Assembly: GCA_020637495.1 (NCBI GenBank)
Contig: JACJVV010000001.1
Coordinates: forward strand, 205,082 to 269,081
Direction: 5' to 3'
Length of the DNA: 64,000 nt
From: Candidatus Woesearchaeota archaeon
GTDB lineage: Archaea > Nanobdellota > Nanobdellia > Woesearchaeales > JACJVV01
The notes below the pieces were generated by a model. It was not told the DNA's origin, made no database searches, and saw only the letters and a program-made list of their open reading frames with translations. Shown one piece after another: positions 47,654 to 57,131 of this stretch (position 1 is its first letter; every line of letters starts with the position of its first letter). The translations under genes were made by a program, and so were the position numbers.

Positions 47654-47920
47654 ATGAAGAACTTGCATATAATGGTGGAAGGTAGAGTACAAGGTGTAGG
47701 TTATAGGTATTTTGTGAGATCTAAAGCTTTTAAATACAATATTAGAGGCACTGTGCAGAATACAAAGGATAAAAAAGTAGAGATATACTGCCAAGGAGAG
47801 GATGATCGCATAGAAATGTTCATCATGGAGCTTTATAAAGGCCCACCTTTAGCAATGATATTGAAAATGGATATAAACAATTCTATTAATGAAGAATTCA
47901 GTGATTTCAGAATAATGTAA
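47654..47920 (+). CDS. acyP: Acylphosphatase
   Basis: HIMVEGRVQGVGYRYFVRSKAFKYNIRGTVQN matches the V-x-G-x-VQGV-x-FR and G-x-V-x-N acylphosphatase signatures. Confidence 0.8.
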   Translation: MKNLHIMVEGRVQGVGYRYFVRSKAFKYNIRGTVQNTKDKKVEIYCQGEDDRIEMFIMELYKGPPLAMILKMDINNSINEEFSDFRIM

Positions 47921-47975
47921 AGAAAAAATTTCTGTTCTATCCTATGTAACTAGGAGAGACCTTATCTTGAAAACA

Positions 47976-50900
47976 TCATATAAACTTAGCTAATCCTTCC
48001 TGTATCTCTTTTTCCTTCCCAAAAACACTATCTACTCTCTCTTGTGTCAATTCTATAGTTTGCTTAAGATATGCAGGTACGTTAAAATTCTCAGCAAGTT
48101 CCACTGAAGGGCCCAGATATTTAACTACACTACCTTCTGAGATAGTGAATAATAGTTTCCCACCACACTTAGAACATTTTCCTATAAGAGGAGGTCTGTC
48201 AAATTTTGAATTGCATTGCACACAACGGAATTGCTGCAGTGAAAATTTACGAAGATTACCTTTAATATCCTTAAGGAAATGCTTCTGTATAACCATTGTT
48301 GCTACATTCGATGCATTGACGGCTCGTATCTTCTTCGCAAGGTTCATCTGCCCATCCAGCTTCTCCTTCATTGAGGGCAATACTTTATATGCAGAGATCT
48401 TCGGACCGGTATTGATATTCCCCACCGGGTGAGTTGAATGAAAACCTTCATATTGCTTCTCAGTATTGAGACGGTCTTTAAGCTGTTCAACTTTAACATC
48501 CCATGGCATCTTGAACTCTTGAGCTGCTTTGTAAAGATCAAGAGGGTAACGTTTTACGACATCAAGACCGTGAACTTGATCATCCACTTCTGAAGGGATT
48601 ATCTTTGTCGAGAGTACGAGAGGAGCGTCCATTGTCCTTGTACCCCGTTTATCCGGAAGATATTGCCTTGAGAAGTTCAAGAAGGCGTCCATAAGCATTA
48701 TGAAACATGCTTCATCGCCATCACAGTCTCTTCTAACAGCTGCATGCATCATCGGATGTGCAGCCATCACTTGATTCTTTGAGAAACCTATAACCCTACC
48801 TATAGTCCCGCAGGAGATGTGGGGTGCAAGGCAGATTATCAACGAACCGACAATGTCCTGCTTGGAATTAAAATTGTAATATTTCTTCTGATTATATAAC
48901 CGTACCAAAAGCTCATCTACAAAATTTCCAGTCTTAAACATAACATCATCTGCCTGCTCTTCCAATGCATTCTCTCCAGCAGGTACGACAACATCTTGTG
49001 GGAAAAGCTCTACGACTTGATCATGATGCTCTAGCTTCTCTCCATTAATGTCATGCGTATAACCTAAGTCCTTAAGCTTCTCGATCGTAGTTCCGATCTC
49101 TTTTGGCTTAAATGCAGTCAATGGAGTCTCGGACATGTCATATCTTGTTGTCCCATCCTTATTTACATAAATCTCATACTTTGCTCTCAAGAACCCTTTA
49201 ATCAGATGTTCAGGTATATGGTCCTTATTCGATGTACCTTTAACACCTTTTATCAAATCAGGATAAACCTTACTGTTTAGTATCTTCAAACTAGAATCTA
49301 CATATTCCTTTATGCTTATCGTCATTGTCTTGTAAGTCTTAGCACCCTCATCAATCTGCAATGGGGCTGAATCTGCCATTATCTCTTTGTTCACATTAGG
49401 ACAAAAATATAATCTTCTTGATTTTCCTCCGCAAAGATGGCAATTCTTATAGATGGTCTTCTTCTTGCAACTCTCACAATAGTATAGTGGAAAACTGCTG
49501 GTAACCTCACCTTTTTCTATTGAGGATTGGAAACTTTTCAGACGACCACCTTCATCCCCTACAGGAAAAAGCACTTGAGGAGAACCTTGTAATTTTCGCA
49601 TCTTTGCCTTTTCTGGCCTACCCATCCTTGCACCTACAAAAGTACCTGCTTTATCCCTTATCTCCACATCAGACAGAATGTTTATCAGTTCAAGGACAGT
49701 CTTATCAGGGTACTTTAATATTAAATTCTCATGCAAAGCCTTATCTGCCGGGTTAAGCAGTTGGAAGGTATGAGCTATAGAATTGGCTACATTATCCTGT
49801 ATCACTATGAACTCTGTAGACATCAGAAGATGGGGTATTCCTGCATTCTCAAGTATTATTTTTATCCTCTCTGAAAAATTGATCACTATACTCTTAAGCT
49901 TATCAGTCTGTGTGTCGTCATAATAGTTGAATTTAGCAGATTGAAAAGATAGTAGGATACTTTTCAAATCATCTTTTGACATTGAAGTATAGAAGTAGAT
50001 ATATTCAGGATGAAGTGGCAATCCAAGCTTTATTGACAGTGATAATGCTTCATTGAAAGTTGGCTTGTGATGAAAAAAATCATCTAATAGTTGTGAAAGA
50101 CGTTCTTCAGGAATATCCACTACAGAAGATAGTTTATGCACATCCACTATCCCGGAGAGATCAATCACTTTCTTTTCAAGCTCCTGAACCCACCACTCTT
50201 CACAATATCCCAATGGCACAAGTGAATGACCATTCTCTGAAAAATCACCATAATTTATCAGCATATCTCCAAGAAAAAGTATCTTCTTCACTCTCCTTAT
50301 CATATCCTTATTCTCTTTTGTTATACGGACTACTGAATCATCTTCCAATAAAACTGTGGGACCATCTACACATTCGCAAACCGTGACAGAAGACGCTTTT
50401 CCAGGTCTTTCTATCTTGAGTTGAGTACCATAAACAATAAAGTTGTCAAGAGTTGATAGTGTAAGCGGATTAATGCCTACACATGAGAATCCAGAGGTCC
50501 TTGTTCTTCCCATCCTTATCCTGAACCCACCATATGCCATAGGATAAGTTAATACTGGCCTTCCTGCAACCATATCATTAATGAATGTATAGTTAGGAGA
50601 TATACCTTTAGACTCTTTCTTCTTCGCTCCTCGTGCTTTTACTTTCTTCTGCAGATCAAGAAAATCTTTCAGGAATGTCCAATCTATACCAAGATCCTTC
50701 CCCCATATGCTAAGTCGTTTCCATAACTTAGGTGCTTTCTGGCATAATCCTTCACCTATGACTAAGCATATTCCTCCTCGTATCAGATTAGTCTCTATCC
50801 TTGGCTGATCCTTATAGTTTGAAATCTCAATCCTCTCTGTTGGATCCCCATCCACCTCAAGAGGAAGATGCTTAACCATAAACTTTATCTCCTCTTCAGA

Positions 50901-51527
50901 AGGCAGATACTGTAGATTAGTAATCCTGTCATGATAATCATATAATTCCGTCACTGCCCTGTTAATCTCTCCTTCTGTAGGATCATATTTTGCATATCCT
51001 AAGGTCGTTGCAACATAATCTGAGAGTACAACTGATAGGGCAGCAGCAGTGCCTCCAGCTCCACGAATAGGACCTGCATAAAAACATGCGATATATTCTT
51101 TGCCATCATGGGTTTTCTTAATCTTTGCCTCTACAAATCCTTCAAGAGGCGCTGAAACAATCCCTCCAGTCAGGTAAGTGAATCCTGTGCGTATCCCAAT
51201 CTCAATAGCTTCTTTCCTATCCTTAAACTTACAGAATCTTTCCTGAGCCACCTCTCCTGCAATTCTGAACCCGACTCGCCAATCCAGAGGGGAATATTCA
51301 CTCTCTAGCTCTACAATCCTCGGGACAACATTGGAATCCTGCATCTGGGGAGCAACAGCAGAGATCAAACCAATTACACGTTCTGCCATATTCTTTGCGA
51401 TTGGTATGTCCACCTTATCCTCAGGATCGAAGCCTTTTGCCCTTGCATTGTTTGCTATCTTCAGAGTCCTGGTAGTCTCGTTCTCTAAATTCTCAAAATA
51501 TTTCTGGAGTTTCTTTGAAGCCATCAT
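47976..51527 (-). CDS. DNA polymerase II (PolD) large subunit DP2
   Basis: 1183 aa with the DP2 cysteine clusters (CESCKKKTIYKNCHLCGG, CVQCNSKFDRPPLIGKCSKCGG) and the conserved catalytic core. No intein. Confidence 0.95.
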   Translation of the reverse strand: MMASKKLQKYFENLENETTRTLKIANNARAKGFDPEDKVDIPIAKNMAERVIGLISAVAPQMQDSNVVPRIVELESEYSPLDWRVGFRIAGEVAQERFCKFKDRKEAIEIGIRTGFTYLTGGIVSAPLEGFVEAKIKKTHDGKEYIACFYAGPIRGAGGTAAALSVVLSDYVATTLGYAKYDPTEGEINRAVTELYDYHDRITNLQYLPSEEEIKFMVKHLPLEVDGDPTERIEISNYKDQPRIETNLIRGGICLVIGEGLCQKAPKLWKRLSIWGKDLGIDWTFLKDFLDLQKKVKARGAKKKESKGISPNYTFINDMVAGRPVLTYPMAYGGFRIRMGRTRTSGFSCVGINPLTLSTLDNFIVYGTQLKIERPGKASSVTVCECVDGPTVLLEDDSVVRITKENKDMIRRVKKILFLGDMLINYGDFSENGHSLVPLGYCEEWWVQELEKKVIDLSGIVDVHKLSSVVDIPEERLSQLLDDFFHHKPTFNEALSLSIKLGLPLHPEYIYFYTSMSKDDLKSILLSFQSAKFNYYDDTQTDKLKSIVINFSERIKIILENAGIPHLLMSTEFIVIQDNVANSIAHTFQLLNPADKALHENLILKYPDKTVLELINILSDVEIRDKAGTFVGARMGRPEKAKMRKLQGSPQVLFPVGDEGGRLKSFQSSIEKGEVTSSFPLYYCESCKKKTIYKNCHLCGGKSRRLYFCPNVNKEIMADSAPLQIDEGAKTYKTMTISIKEYVDSSLKILNSKVYPDLIKGVKGTSNKDHIPEHLIKGFLRAKYEIYVNKDGTTRYDMSETPLTAFKPKEIGTTIEKLKDLGYTHDINGEKLEHHDQVVELFPQDVVVPAGENALEEQADDVMFKTGNFVDELLVRLYNQKKYYNFNSKQDIVGSLIICLAPHISCGTIGRVIGFSKNQVMAAHPMMHAAVRRDCDGDEACFIMLMDAFLNFSRQYLPDKRGTRTMDAPLVLSTKIIPSEVDDQVHGLDVVKRYPLDLYKAAQEFKMPWDVKVEQLKDRLNTEKQYEGFHSTHPVGNINTGPKISAYKVLPSMKEKLDGQMNLAKKIRAVNASNVATMVIQKHFLKDIKGNLRKFSLQQFRCVQCNSKFDRPPLIGKCSKCGGKLLFTISEGSVVKYLGPSVELAENFNVPAYLKQTIELTQERVDSVFGKEKEIQEGLAKFI

Positions 51528-53188
51528 TTAAGCTCATCTCCTGGAACAGGATTTGTTTCTTTATCATTGCCAGCATCTTTTTCTTTATTCTCCTCTTCAC
51601 TCTCAAAATTTAATATCGTGACTTTACGTGTCTTAAGATTGACTACAGGGACCCGTGATGGCTCAGGATGATGCCCTACCTTGACTTGGAATGAAGTTGT
51701 TGATTGCCAACAGCTTCCACAGATCATCGTCACATTTCTGTAATTGCTCACTGCTGTCTTATGTATATGGCCTGTTATAAAAAAATCAGGTATATCTTCA
51801 ATCACTAGTGCATCACAATTCTCTTCAGGTATAAACAAAGTGGAAGTGTATGCTGGCGCTAAATGTCTTCTTTTGAGTAAAAATTTCATTATCAAATCAG
51901 CCCTATCATAACCACCGCTCAATCTTAAAGAGTCTACATTAGCTACATAATAATCAAAACTATATCCGTGGTACATGAGTATGTCAAAGCCTGAAAAACT
52001 TTCATCTGAACAGATATTGATAACTGCTGGATTAGATACCATTGTCACATTCTCAATATCATATAGTGATTTTGCATATTTCTTGCTAAGGACGGGTTGA
52101 GGCTCAGACAGACGGACAGCATCATGATTACCAGGGCAGATTATCACAGGAATATGCTTAGGTATCTGTGATATTAATTCAGCAGCCTCTTCATATTGCT
52201 CATATATATCCAGAAGTTCAAGTTCATCTTCCTGATTTGGATAAATTCCTACACCATCGACTATATCGCCGGCTATGAAAACATGGGTAACTTTCTTTGC
52301 TATCTCTCTCTGCCTTTCAGTTCCTGTCTCTTGTTTTAACCATGAAAGGAATTTCTTCAAATCGTCTTTCAAAAAATATTTTGAACCTGCATGTATATCT
52401 GAAAGAAATACAATGTAATCATCCTTGTCATATTTTTTGAATTCCTTATCCAATGGGATATCTGGTTGTATAATATTGTTTGAGAATAAGATATTGTCGC
52501 CGTTCGTCCCTAAGACACCTACAATCTCATCTTCAACCAGATCATTTGCAATCTCAAAGAGATCTTTATTATTCTTATTTATGAGTACCTTTATCTCGCC
52601 AGTTAGATCTTCAATTGTAACAATCAGATTTCCATTCTTGGTTATATCTTTCCCACGCACAAGCCCGATTATTGCAACCGTCTCCCTATCTTTCTTTGCC
52701 TTTAACCTTGCTATTGAGAGTATATTCTCAAGCTCTTTTCTCTTACGGAGAAGCGATTCTAGCTGTTTATACCTTGAAGAGAAATAAGACACAAAATGCT
52801 CAACACTTCTTTTCTGGGGGATAAGATCAAATGATTTTTTAACTATAAAACCTGACCTGTTTTTATTTTTGTCTGAAACACTTTGTGCATACTGCAAATT
52901 ATCTTTTTCTTCCGAAAAGGAATCTTCTTTTTCTAGGATATTTCTTTTACTTATTTGAGATTTACCATTATTAATCCCTATTTCTCCACCATCTATTAAA
53001 GCCTCTTTTTTCTTATTTTTTTCAATCAGTTTTTGAATATACTCAATACCAGGATCAGACTCGAGAGAACTATACACATCATCAACCAACTGATTATCCT
53101 CAAAATCAGAAATCAAGTCTGGGGAAATTAAACTGTTACTTCTCAGGAAATATTTTATTATCTCTTTTTTCTTCTCGAATGTGTCCAT
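51524..53188 (-). CDS. DNA polymerase II (PolD) small subunit DP1
   Basis: OB plus calcineurin-like phosphoesterase domain: VFIAGDIVDGVGIYP...VIICPGNHDA...GHIHKTA. 4-nt overlap with DP2. Confidence 0.9.
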   Translation of the reverse strand: MDTFEKKKEIIKYFLRSNSLISPDLISDFEDNQLVDDVYSSLESDPGIEYIQKLIEKNKKKEALIDGGEIGINNGKSQISKRNILEKEDSFSEEKDNLQYAQSVSDKNKNRSGFIVKKSFDLIPQKRSVEHFVSYFSSRYKQLESLLRKRKELENILSIARLKAKKDRETVAIIGLVRGKDITKNGNLIVTIEDLTGEIKVLINKNNKDLFEIANDLVEDEIVGVLGTNGDNILFSNNIIQPDIPLDKEFKKYDKDDYIVFLSDIHAGSKYFLKDDLKKFLSWLKQETGTERQREIAKKVTHVFIAGDIVDGVGIYPNQEDELELLDIYEQYEEAAELISQIPKHIPVIICPGNHDAVRLSEPQPVLSKKYAKSLYDIENVTMVSNPAVINICSDESFSGFDILMYHGYSFDYYVANVDSLRLSGGYDRADLIMKFLLKRRHLAPAYTSTLFIPEENCDALVIEDIPDFFITGHIHKTAVSNYRNVTMICGSCWQSTTSFQVKVGHHPEPSRVPVVNLKTRKVTILNFESEEENKEKDAGNDKETNPVPGDELK

Positions 53189-53277
53189 GCAGCAATCCCC
53201 ATAACATATACATATCTTATAAAAATCAGGTCTGTAAATCCTTCCCCTTTTAACAACTGATAATTAACAACAGATAA

Positions 53278-54492
53278 TTATACATTCAATGAATCTTTAA
53301 GTATCTGTTTTATCTTAACTTTTGATTCATCTGGTATAGATAAGTTAACCTCTCTTGTCCTCCCATACCTTCCTTTTGAGATTATCTTCCCTGTAATTAA
53401 CCCGAGCATATCAAATTCAGCAATAATATCAGAAACACGACGTTGTGTTAATGGTCTAATTGATGTCTCAATACATATTCCTTTGTAGTATTCATATATT
53501 TCTCCTGTAAATATTACTTTCTGTCTTTTATCTGCAATTTTTAAAATGCTATAAAGAACAATCTGATGCTGCTTAGGTTGAGTAGATACCAAATCTATTA
53601 TCCTATCCTTCTCTATCTTCGATTCTGCAAGATCAAGATGTGAGATCATTACTTTCTTACTACCTTCTCTTTCAGCAATCTCGCCTGATACCCGTAAAAG
53701 CTCAAGCGCTCTCCTTGCGTCACCATGATCGCGAGCAGCATAAGCTGCACATTTCTCTATCAAGCCTTGTTCAATAACACCATCTACAAATGCAATATCG
53801 CTTCTTTTTTTCAATATTGATTTGAGCTGAAGAGCATTATATGGTGAAAAAATAAGCTCTTCCTCACTCAAAGAACTCTTGACTCTAGGATCAAGATTAT
53901 CTGAAAATAGTAGGTCATTTGATATACCTATTATAGAGATCTGAGCTTTTTTAAGTTCAGTATTCAATCTTGTCAGATTATATAATATCTCGTCCCCTGC
54001 CTTTTTTACTAATTGATCTATCTCATCGAGGACTAGTATTATAATCTGCTGCTCTTGATCTATTATGTTTATGAATATCTTATATATTTCATCTGTGGGG
54101 AGCCCTGTCGGAGGAACTTCTTTTCCCAATTCCCTTATCAGTTGTGCAATTATCCTATACTCTGTATCTGCAATCTTTTTTAATTTACAATTTATATAAA
54201 GAATTTTTAATGGTATATTATGTGCTTGTGATGTTTCATTAAGCTGGTTCATAGTATATTGTATAGTGAGTGTTTTTCCTGTACCAGTTTTCCCATATAT
54301 AAATATATTAGATGGTTTTTCATTTCTTAAAGCTGATGCTGAAATTTCAGCAATCGTATTAATTTCCTTATCGCGATGTTCTATTGTATCAGGCATATAG
54401 TTTGATTGAAGAAATTGCTTTTGATGAAAAACTGGCTTGTTTTTCATGTATTTTTCAAATACATGAGATAATTGTTTGCTGTTTTTTTCCAT
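53278..54492 (-). CDS. cdc6: Orc1/Cdc6 replication initiator
   Basis: Walker A IYGKTGTGKTLT, Walker B IIILVLDEID, sensor and lid regions, and a C-terminal wH. Confidence 0.9.
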   Translation of the reverse strand: MEKNSKQLSHVFEKYMKNKPVFHQKQFLQSNYMPDTIEHRDKEINTIAEISASALRNEKPSNIFIYGKTGTGKTLTIQYTMNQLNETSQAHNIPLKILYINCKLKKIADTEYRIIAQLIRELGKEVPPTGLPTDEIYKIFINIIDQEQQIIILVLDEIDQLVKKAGDEILYNLTRLNTELKKAQISIIGISNDLLFSDNLDPRVKSSLSEEELIFSPYNALQLKSILKKRSDIAFVDGVIEQGLIEKCAAYAARDHGDARRALELLRVSGEIAEREGSKKVMISHLDLAESKIEKDRIIDLVSTQPKQHQIVLYSILKIADKRQKVIFTGEIYEYYKGICIETSIRPLTQRRVSDIIAEFDMLGLITGKIISKGRYGRTREVNLSIPDESKVKIKQILKDSLNV

Positions 54493-54493
54493 C

Positions 54494-54504
54494 TTCCATT
54501 GGAA
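54494..54504. promoter_or_regulatory. Mini-ORB (origin recognition box) dyad abutting the cdc6 start
   Basis: TTCCATTGGAA perfect dyad 2 nt upstream of the cdc6 ATG, between the putative TATA (tttaaata) and the start. Confidence 0.45.
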
Positions 54505-54551
54505 ATCAAGCTCTTTAAATAATTTATTGTTGTTCTTTATCTGAATCTTTT

Positions 54552-54579
54552 ACCCCACCCTTTTATTTCCTATGGAAAT
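54552..54579 (-). promoter_or_regulatory. ORB element (reverse orientation) at the left border of the origin
   Basis: Minus strand reads ATTTCCATAGGAAAT-aaaa-GGGTGGGG, a dyad followed by a G-string as in euryarchaeal ORBs. Confidence 0.5.
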
Positions 54580-54848
54580 AAAAAAAAAGATGTAACATGG
54601 TTTTTTTGATCAATCTATAATCACCATTAGAAAAGAGAAAATATAGATTAGGATTCATTCTTTTTTTATTTTTTTATTTTTTAACTTGATTTTTTATTTA
54701 TTTATTATTTTTAATATATAAAATAATATAATATAATATATATAATATATAATAAATAATACAATATATATAATAAAAAGCTTAAAAAAATAATTTTTTT
54801 CTTTTTCTTAATTTTCTTTTTTTTAATGCTCTCCAAAAAAATATTAAT
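54580..54848. repeat. Roughly 270-bp, nearly pure A/T block with (ATA/TAT)n microsatellite-like repeats; the presumed duplex unwinding element
   Basis: More than 90 percent A+T, runs such as ataatataatataatatataatatataataaataatacaatatatataat. Flanked by inverted ORB elements. Confidence 0.55.
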
Positions 54849-54872
54849 GTTCCATGGGAAATGGAGGGGACA
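54849..54872 (+). promoter_or_regulatory. ORB element (forward orientation) at the right border of the origin
   Basis: GTTCCATGGGAAAT-gga-GGGGAC, the same dyad-plus-G-string structure as 54552-54579 but inverted relative to it. Confidence 0.5.
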
Positions 54873-54979
54873 CTAACATTGTTATTGAAACAACAATTAC
54901 TTTTTCTAATAATATATTATATTCAACTTTTTATTTTTATTTCAATAGTTTTATATATGGATGTCTAATCAACTTTATT

Positions 54980-55381
54980 ATGGATTATACTCAATTATTG
55001 AAACGGGCACGAGAAGGACTTCCTGAAATAGTTTCTGTAAGGGAAAGGTTTGAAGTGCCAAAAGTGAAAGGACACTTACAAGGAAATAGAACTGTTATTA
55101 GTAATTTTTCTATGATCTGTAGCACTTTAAGACGACAACCACAACATATTTTAAAATATCTCCTTAAAGAGCTAGCAACTTCAGGTGAGATAAAAAATAA
55201 TTTACTAGTCTTTAATAGGAAACTATCATCATTAGCAATAAATCAAAAAGTTCGTCAATATACTAATATGTATGTGCTTTGCACAGAATGTGGGAAACCA
55301 GATACAAAAATCCTAATTGAAGGCAATATAAGTTATCTTAAATGTCAAGCCTGTGGCGCAAAACATCATATCAAAAATTAA
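54980..55381 (+). CDS. Translation initiation factor aIF2 beta subunit
   Basis: MDYTQLLKRAREGLPE...ERFEVPKVKGHLQGNRTVISNF...LLKYLLKELATSGE and the C-terminal zinc ribbon CTECGKPDT...CQACG. The track ORF start at 54854 would run into the origin and is rejected. Confidence 0.85.
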   Translation: MDYTQLLKRAREGLPEIVSVRERFEVPKVKGHLQGNRTVISNFSMICSTLRRQPQHILKYLLKELATSGEIKNNLLVFNRKLSSLAINQKVRQYTNMYVLCTECGKPDTKILIEGNISYLKCQACGAKHHIKN

Positions 55382-55494
55382 TTTTTTTTCTAAAATATCT
55401 TCTAATTTTATATAATAAAAAAAAGATTATCCTATAGAAAAGTTTATAAAAGTCGTCCCTTAGTATTGAAATACTTTCAAAAGGAGGTACAAAA

Positions 55495-55728
55495 ATGGTT
55501 GAAGAAACCCTATTAAGACTTACATTAGCAATTATTATCGGTACTCTTGCTGCTATCGTATACAGTTTGAGAATACTTGTTCTTGTTGAGAGAAGAATAG
55601 CAAGAATGGATCTTAACATCGAAAGAATGACACAAAGAATTGCTGCTGAAGAACTAAAGATTGAAGCTGAAGAGAAGAAGATTGAAAAGCAATTGACTAG
55701 TGGTTCTGCTAAAAAAAGACGTAGATAA
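55495..55728 (+). CDS. Small membrane-anchored coiled-coil protein, hypothetical
   Basis: 77 aa; TM LTLAIIIGTLAAIVYSL, then a charged helix and KKRRR tail. GGAGGT SD-like motif 6 nt upstream of the ATG. Confidence 0.4.
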   Translation: MVEETLLRLTLAIIIGTLAAIVYSLRILVLVERRIARMDLNIERMTQRIAAEELKIEAEEKKIEKQLTSGSAKKRRR

Positions 55729-56247
55729 TCATTCTTTATTTTTCATTTCTTTTTCTATATCAGTTATCTCTTTTTTTATATCATTAATCTTTTTAGAATT
55801 GTCTTCTTGATTTAGCAATTCTCCACATTCTGGACATCTATATTCAAAATTTGTAGCTTGTTCAAAATCTATCCTTAAACATTGGTTTATACATGAAAAA
55901 AATTGACCTGCTTCCTCACGTGAAAGCCTATCTTTAAGTGTCTCAAGTTTTTTCTTTTTGAGATCTCCAGAGAGGTATTTTATACGTTCAAGATTCAATG
56001 ACCAATAATATATATACCATCCTTTCTTCTTGTCTTTTTTCCTGATGAAATCTACGAGATTTTGGTTATATAATCTATAAAGTTGATTCCTTATTACATC
56101 AACTGGAATCTTTATTTTAGAGGATATCTGAAATTCTGAACTATTTTTTGAAGTTTTTAGATAATCTACTAAGGGTATTATATCTTCACCTACAGCTTCA
56201 GCTATAACATCCTCTACTATTTTTTTGGTTAACTTAACCTCTCCCAA
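55729..56247 (-). CDS. tfe: Transcription factor E (TFE-alpha, TFIIE-alpha homologue)
   Basis: Winged-helix signature KKGWYIYYWSLN plus a C-terminal zinc ribbon CINQC...CPECG. Confidence 0.85.
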   Translation of the reverse strand: MGEVKLTKKIVEDVIAEAVGEDIIPLVDYLKTSKNSSEFQISSKIKIPVDVIRNQLYRLYNQNLVDFIRKKDKKKGWYIYYWSLNLERIKYLSGDLKKKKLETLKDRLSREEAGQFFSCINQCLRIDFEQATNFEYRCPECGELLNQEDNSKKINDIKKEITDIEKEMKNKE

Positions 56248-56477
56248 ATGCTATCACTCCTGATTTCATTTTTTTGACCTTATAAATTTTATGGTATTTT
56301 TTGGATCTATTTTAACTGGTTATAATCCTTTTATTTTAATTTCTGCCTTGAATAATTCTAATTTATATCTTTAAAGGACTTAAATACCTTAGATAAAGCA
56401 TTACTCCTCATTTAACCTCTAAAATAATAAGTAACTTATTTTGTTACTACTATTTAATGAGTTATTAATTAAGGAGC

Positions 56478-57020
56478 TTATATATAAACTTTTCTATATT
56501 CTCCTTGGTTTATGAGGTCCAGGTATAAATCTTCACTCATAAATTTCTCCTTTACAATCTCATCTATCATATAGAAAACCTGTTTTGACCTAATCAAGAA
56601 TTTATCTTCTATTTCTTCGATAAACTCTTCTAATTCCTTCACATTTCTGAAGATCACTTCAGCCATATAGTCGAATCCATTATTTATCTTATATAATGCA
56701 TTTATATTCTGATGATGAGCTGCCATCGAATAGAAACCTTCTTTTGTCTTTTTTGGACATTTTACACATATTGTAGCTCTTGCATTGAATCCAAGCTTCT
56801 CAAAGTTTATCAAGGAAACATGCCTACTTATTATACCGTCAGAATTTGTTTTTATCCTATCAAAAATTGTGGATATCGGAATATTTGTAGATTTACTTAT
56901 CTTTGTCAATTGTGCTCTTGCATTCTTTCTTAACTCAACTAAAATCTGCATATTCTTATTTATGTTTTTCTTTTCCATTCTGAACGACCTCATTATATTT
57001 TTTCTTATCGCACTATTCAC
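56478..57020 (-). CDS. Lrp/AsnC-family transcriptional regulator
   Basis: HTH ILVELRKNARAQLTKISKSTNIPISTIFDRIK plus a RAM domain (ATICVKC...YMAEVIFRNVKELEEFI). Start likely at an internal Met. Confidence 0.8.
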   Translation of the reverse strand: MNSAIRKNIMRSFRMEKKNINKNMQILVELRKNARAQLTKISKSTNIPISTIFDRIKTNSDGIISRHVSLINFEKLGFNARATICVKCPKKTKEGFYSMAAHHQNINALYKINNGFDYMAEVIFRNVKELEEFIEEIEDKFLIRSKQVFYMIDEIVKEKFMSEDLYLDLINQGEYRKVYI

Positions 57021-57131
57021 GATAGAAGATACATTGTCTAATATAATTATATAATTATTTTATAGGAAATATAATTATTATATATTTAATATAACCATAA
57101 TCTTTATAATATAATAAAATAATTACATTGT

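Noticed and set aside
47976-51527. Possible intein in the PolD large subunit
   Set aside because: The length (1183 aa) is within the normal DP2 range and the sequence shows no intein splice-junction blocks.
54660-54830. CRISPR-like or satellite repeat array in the A/T block
   Set aside because: The repeats are irregular ATA/TAT microsatellite runs without fixed-length repeats and unique spacers. They are better explained as the origin unwinding element.
55371-55619. Minus-strand 82-aa ORF
   Set aside because: It overlaps the aIF2-beta 3' end and the SD-preceded + strand ORF at 55495-55728. It has no SD or TATA and is hydrophobic antisense sequence.
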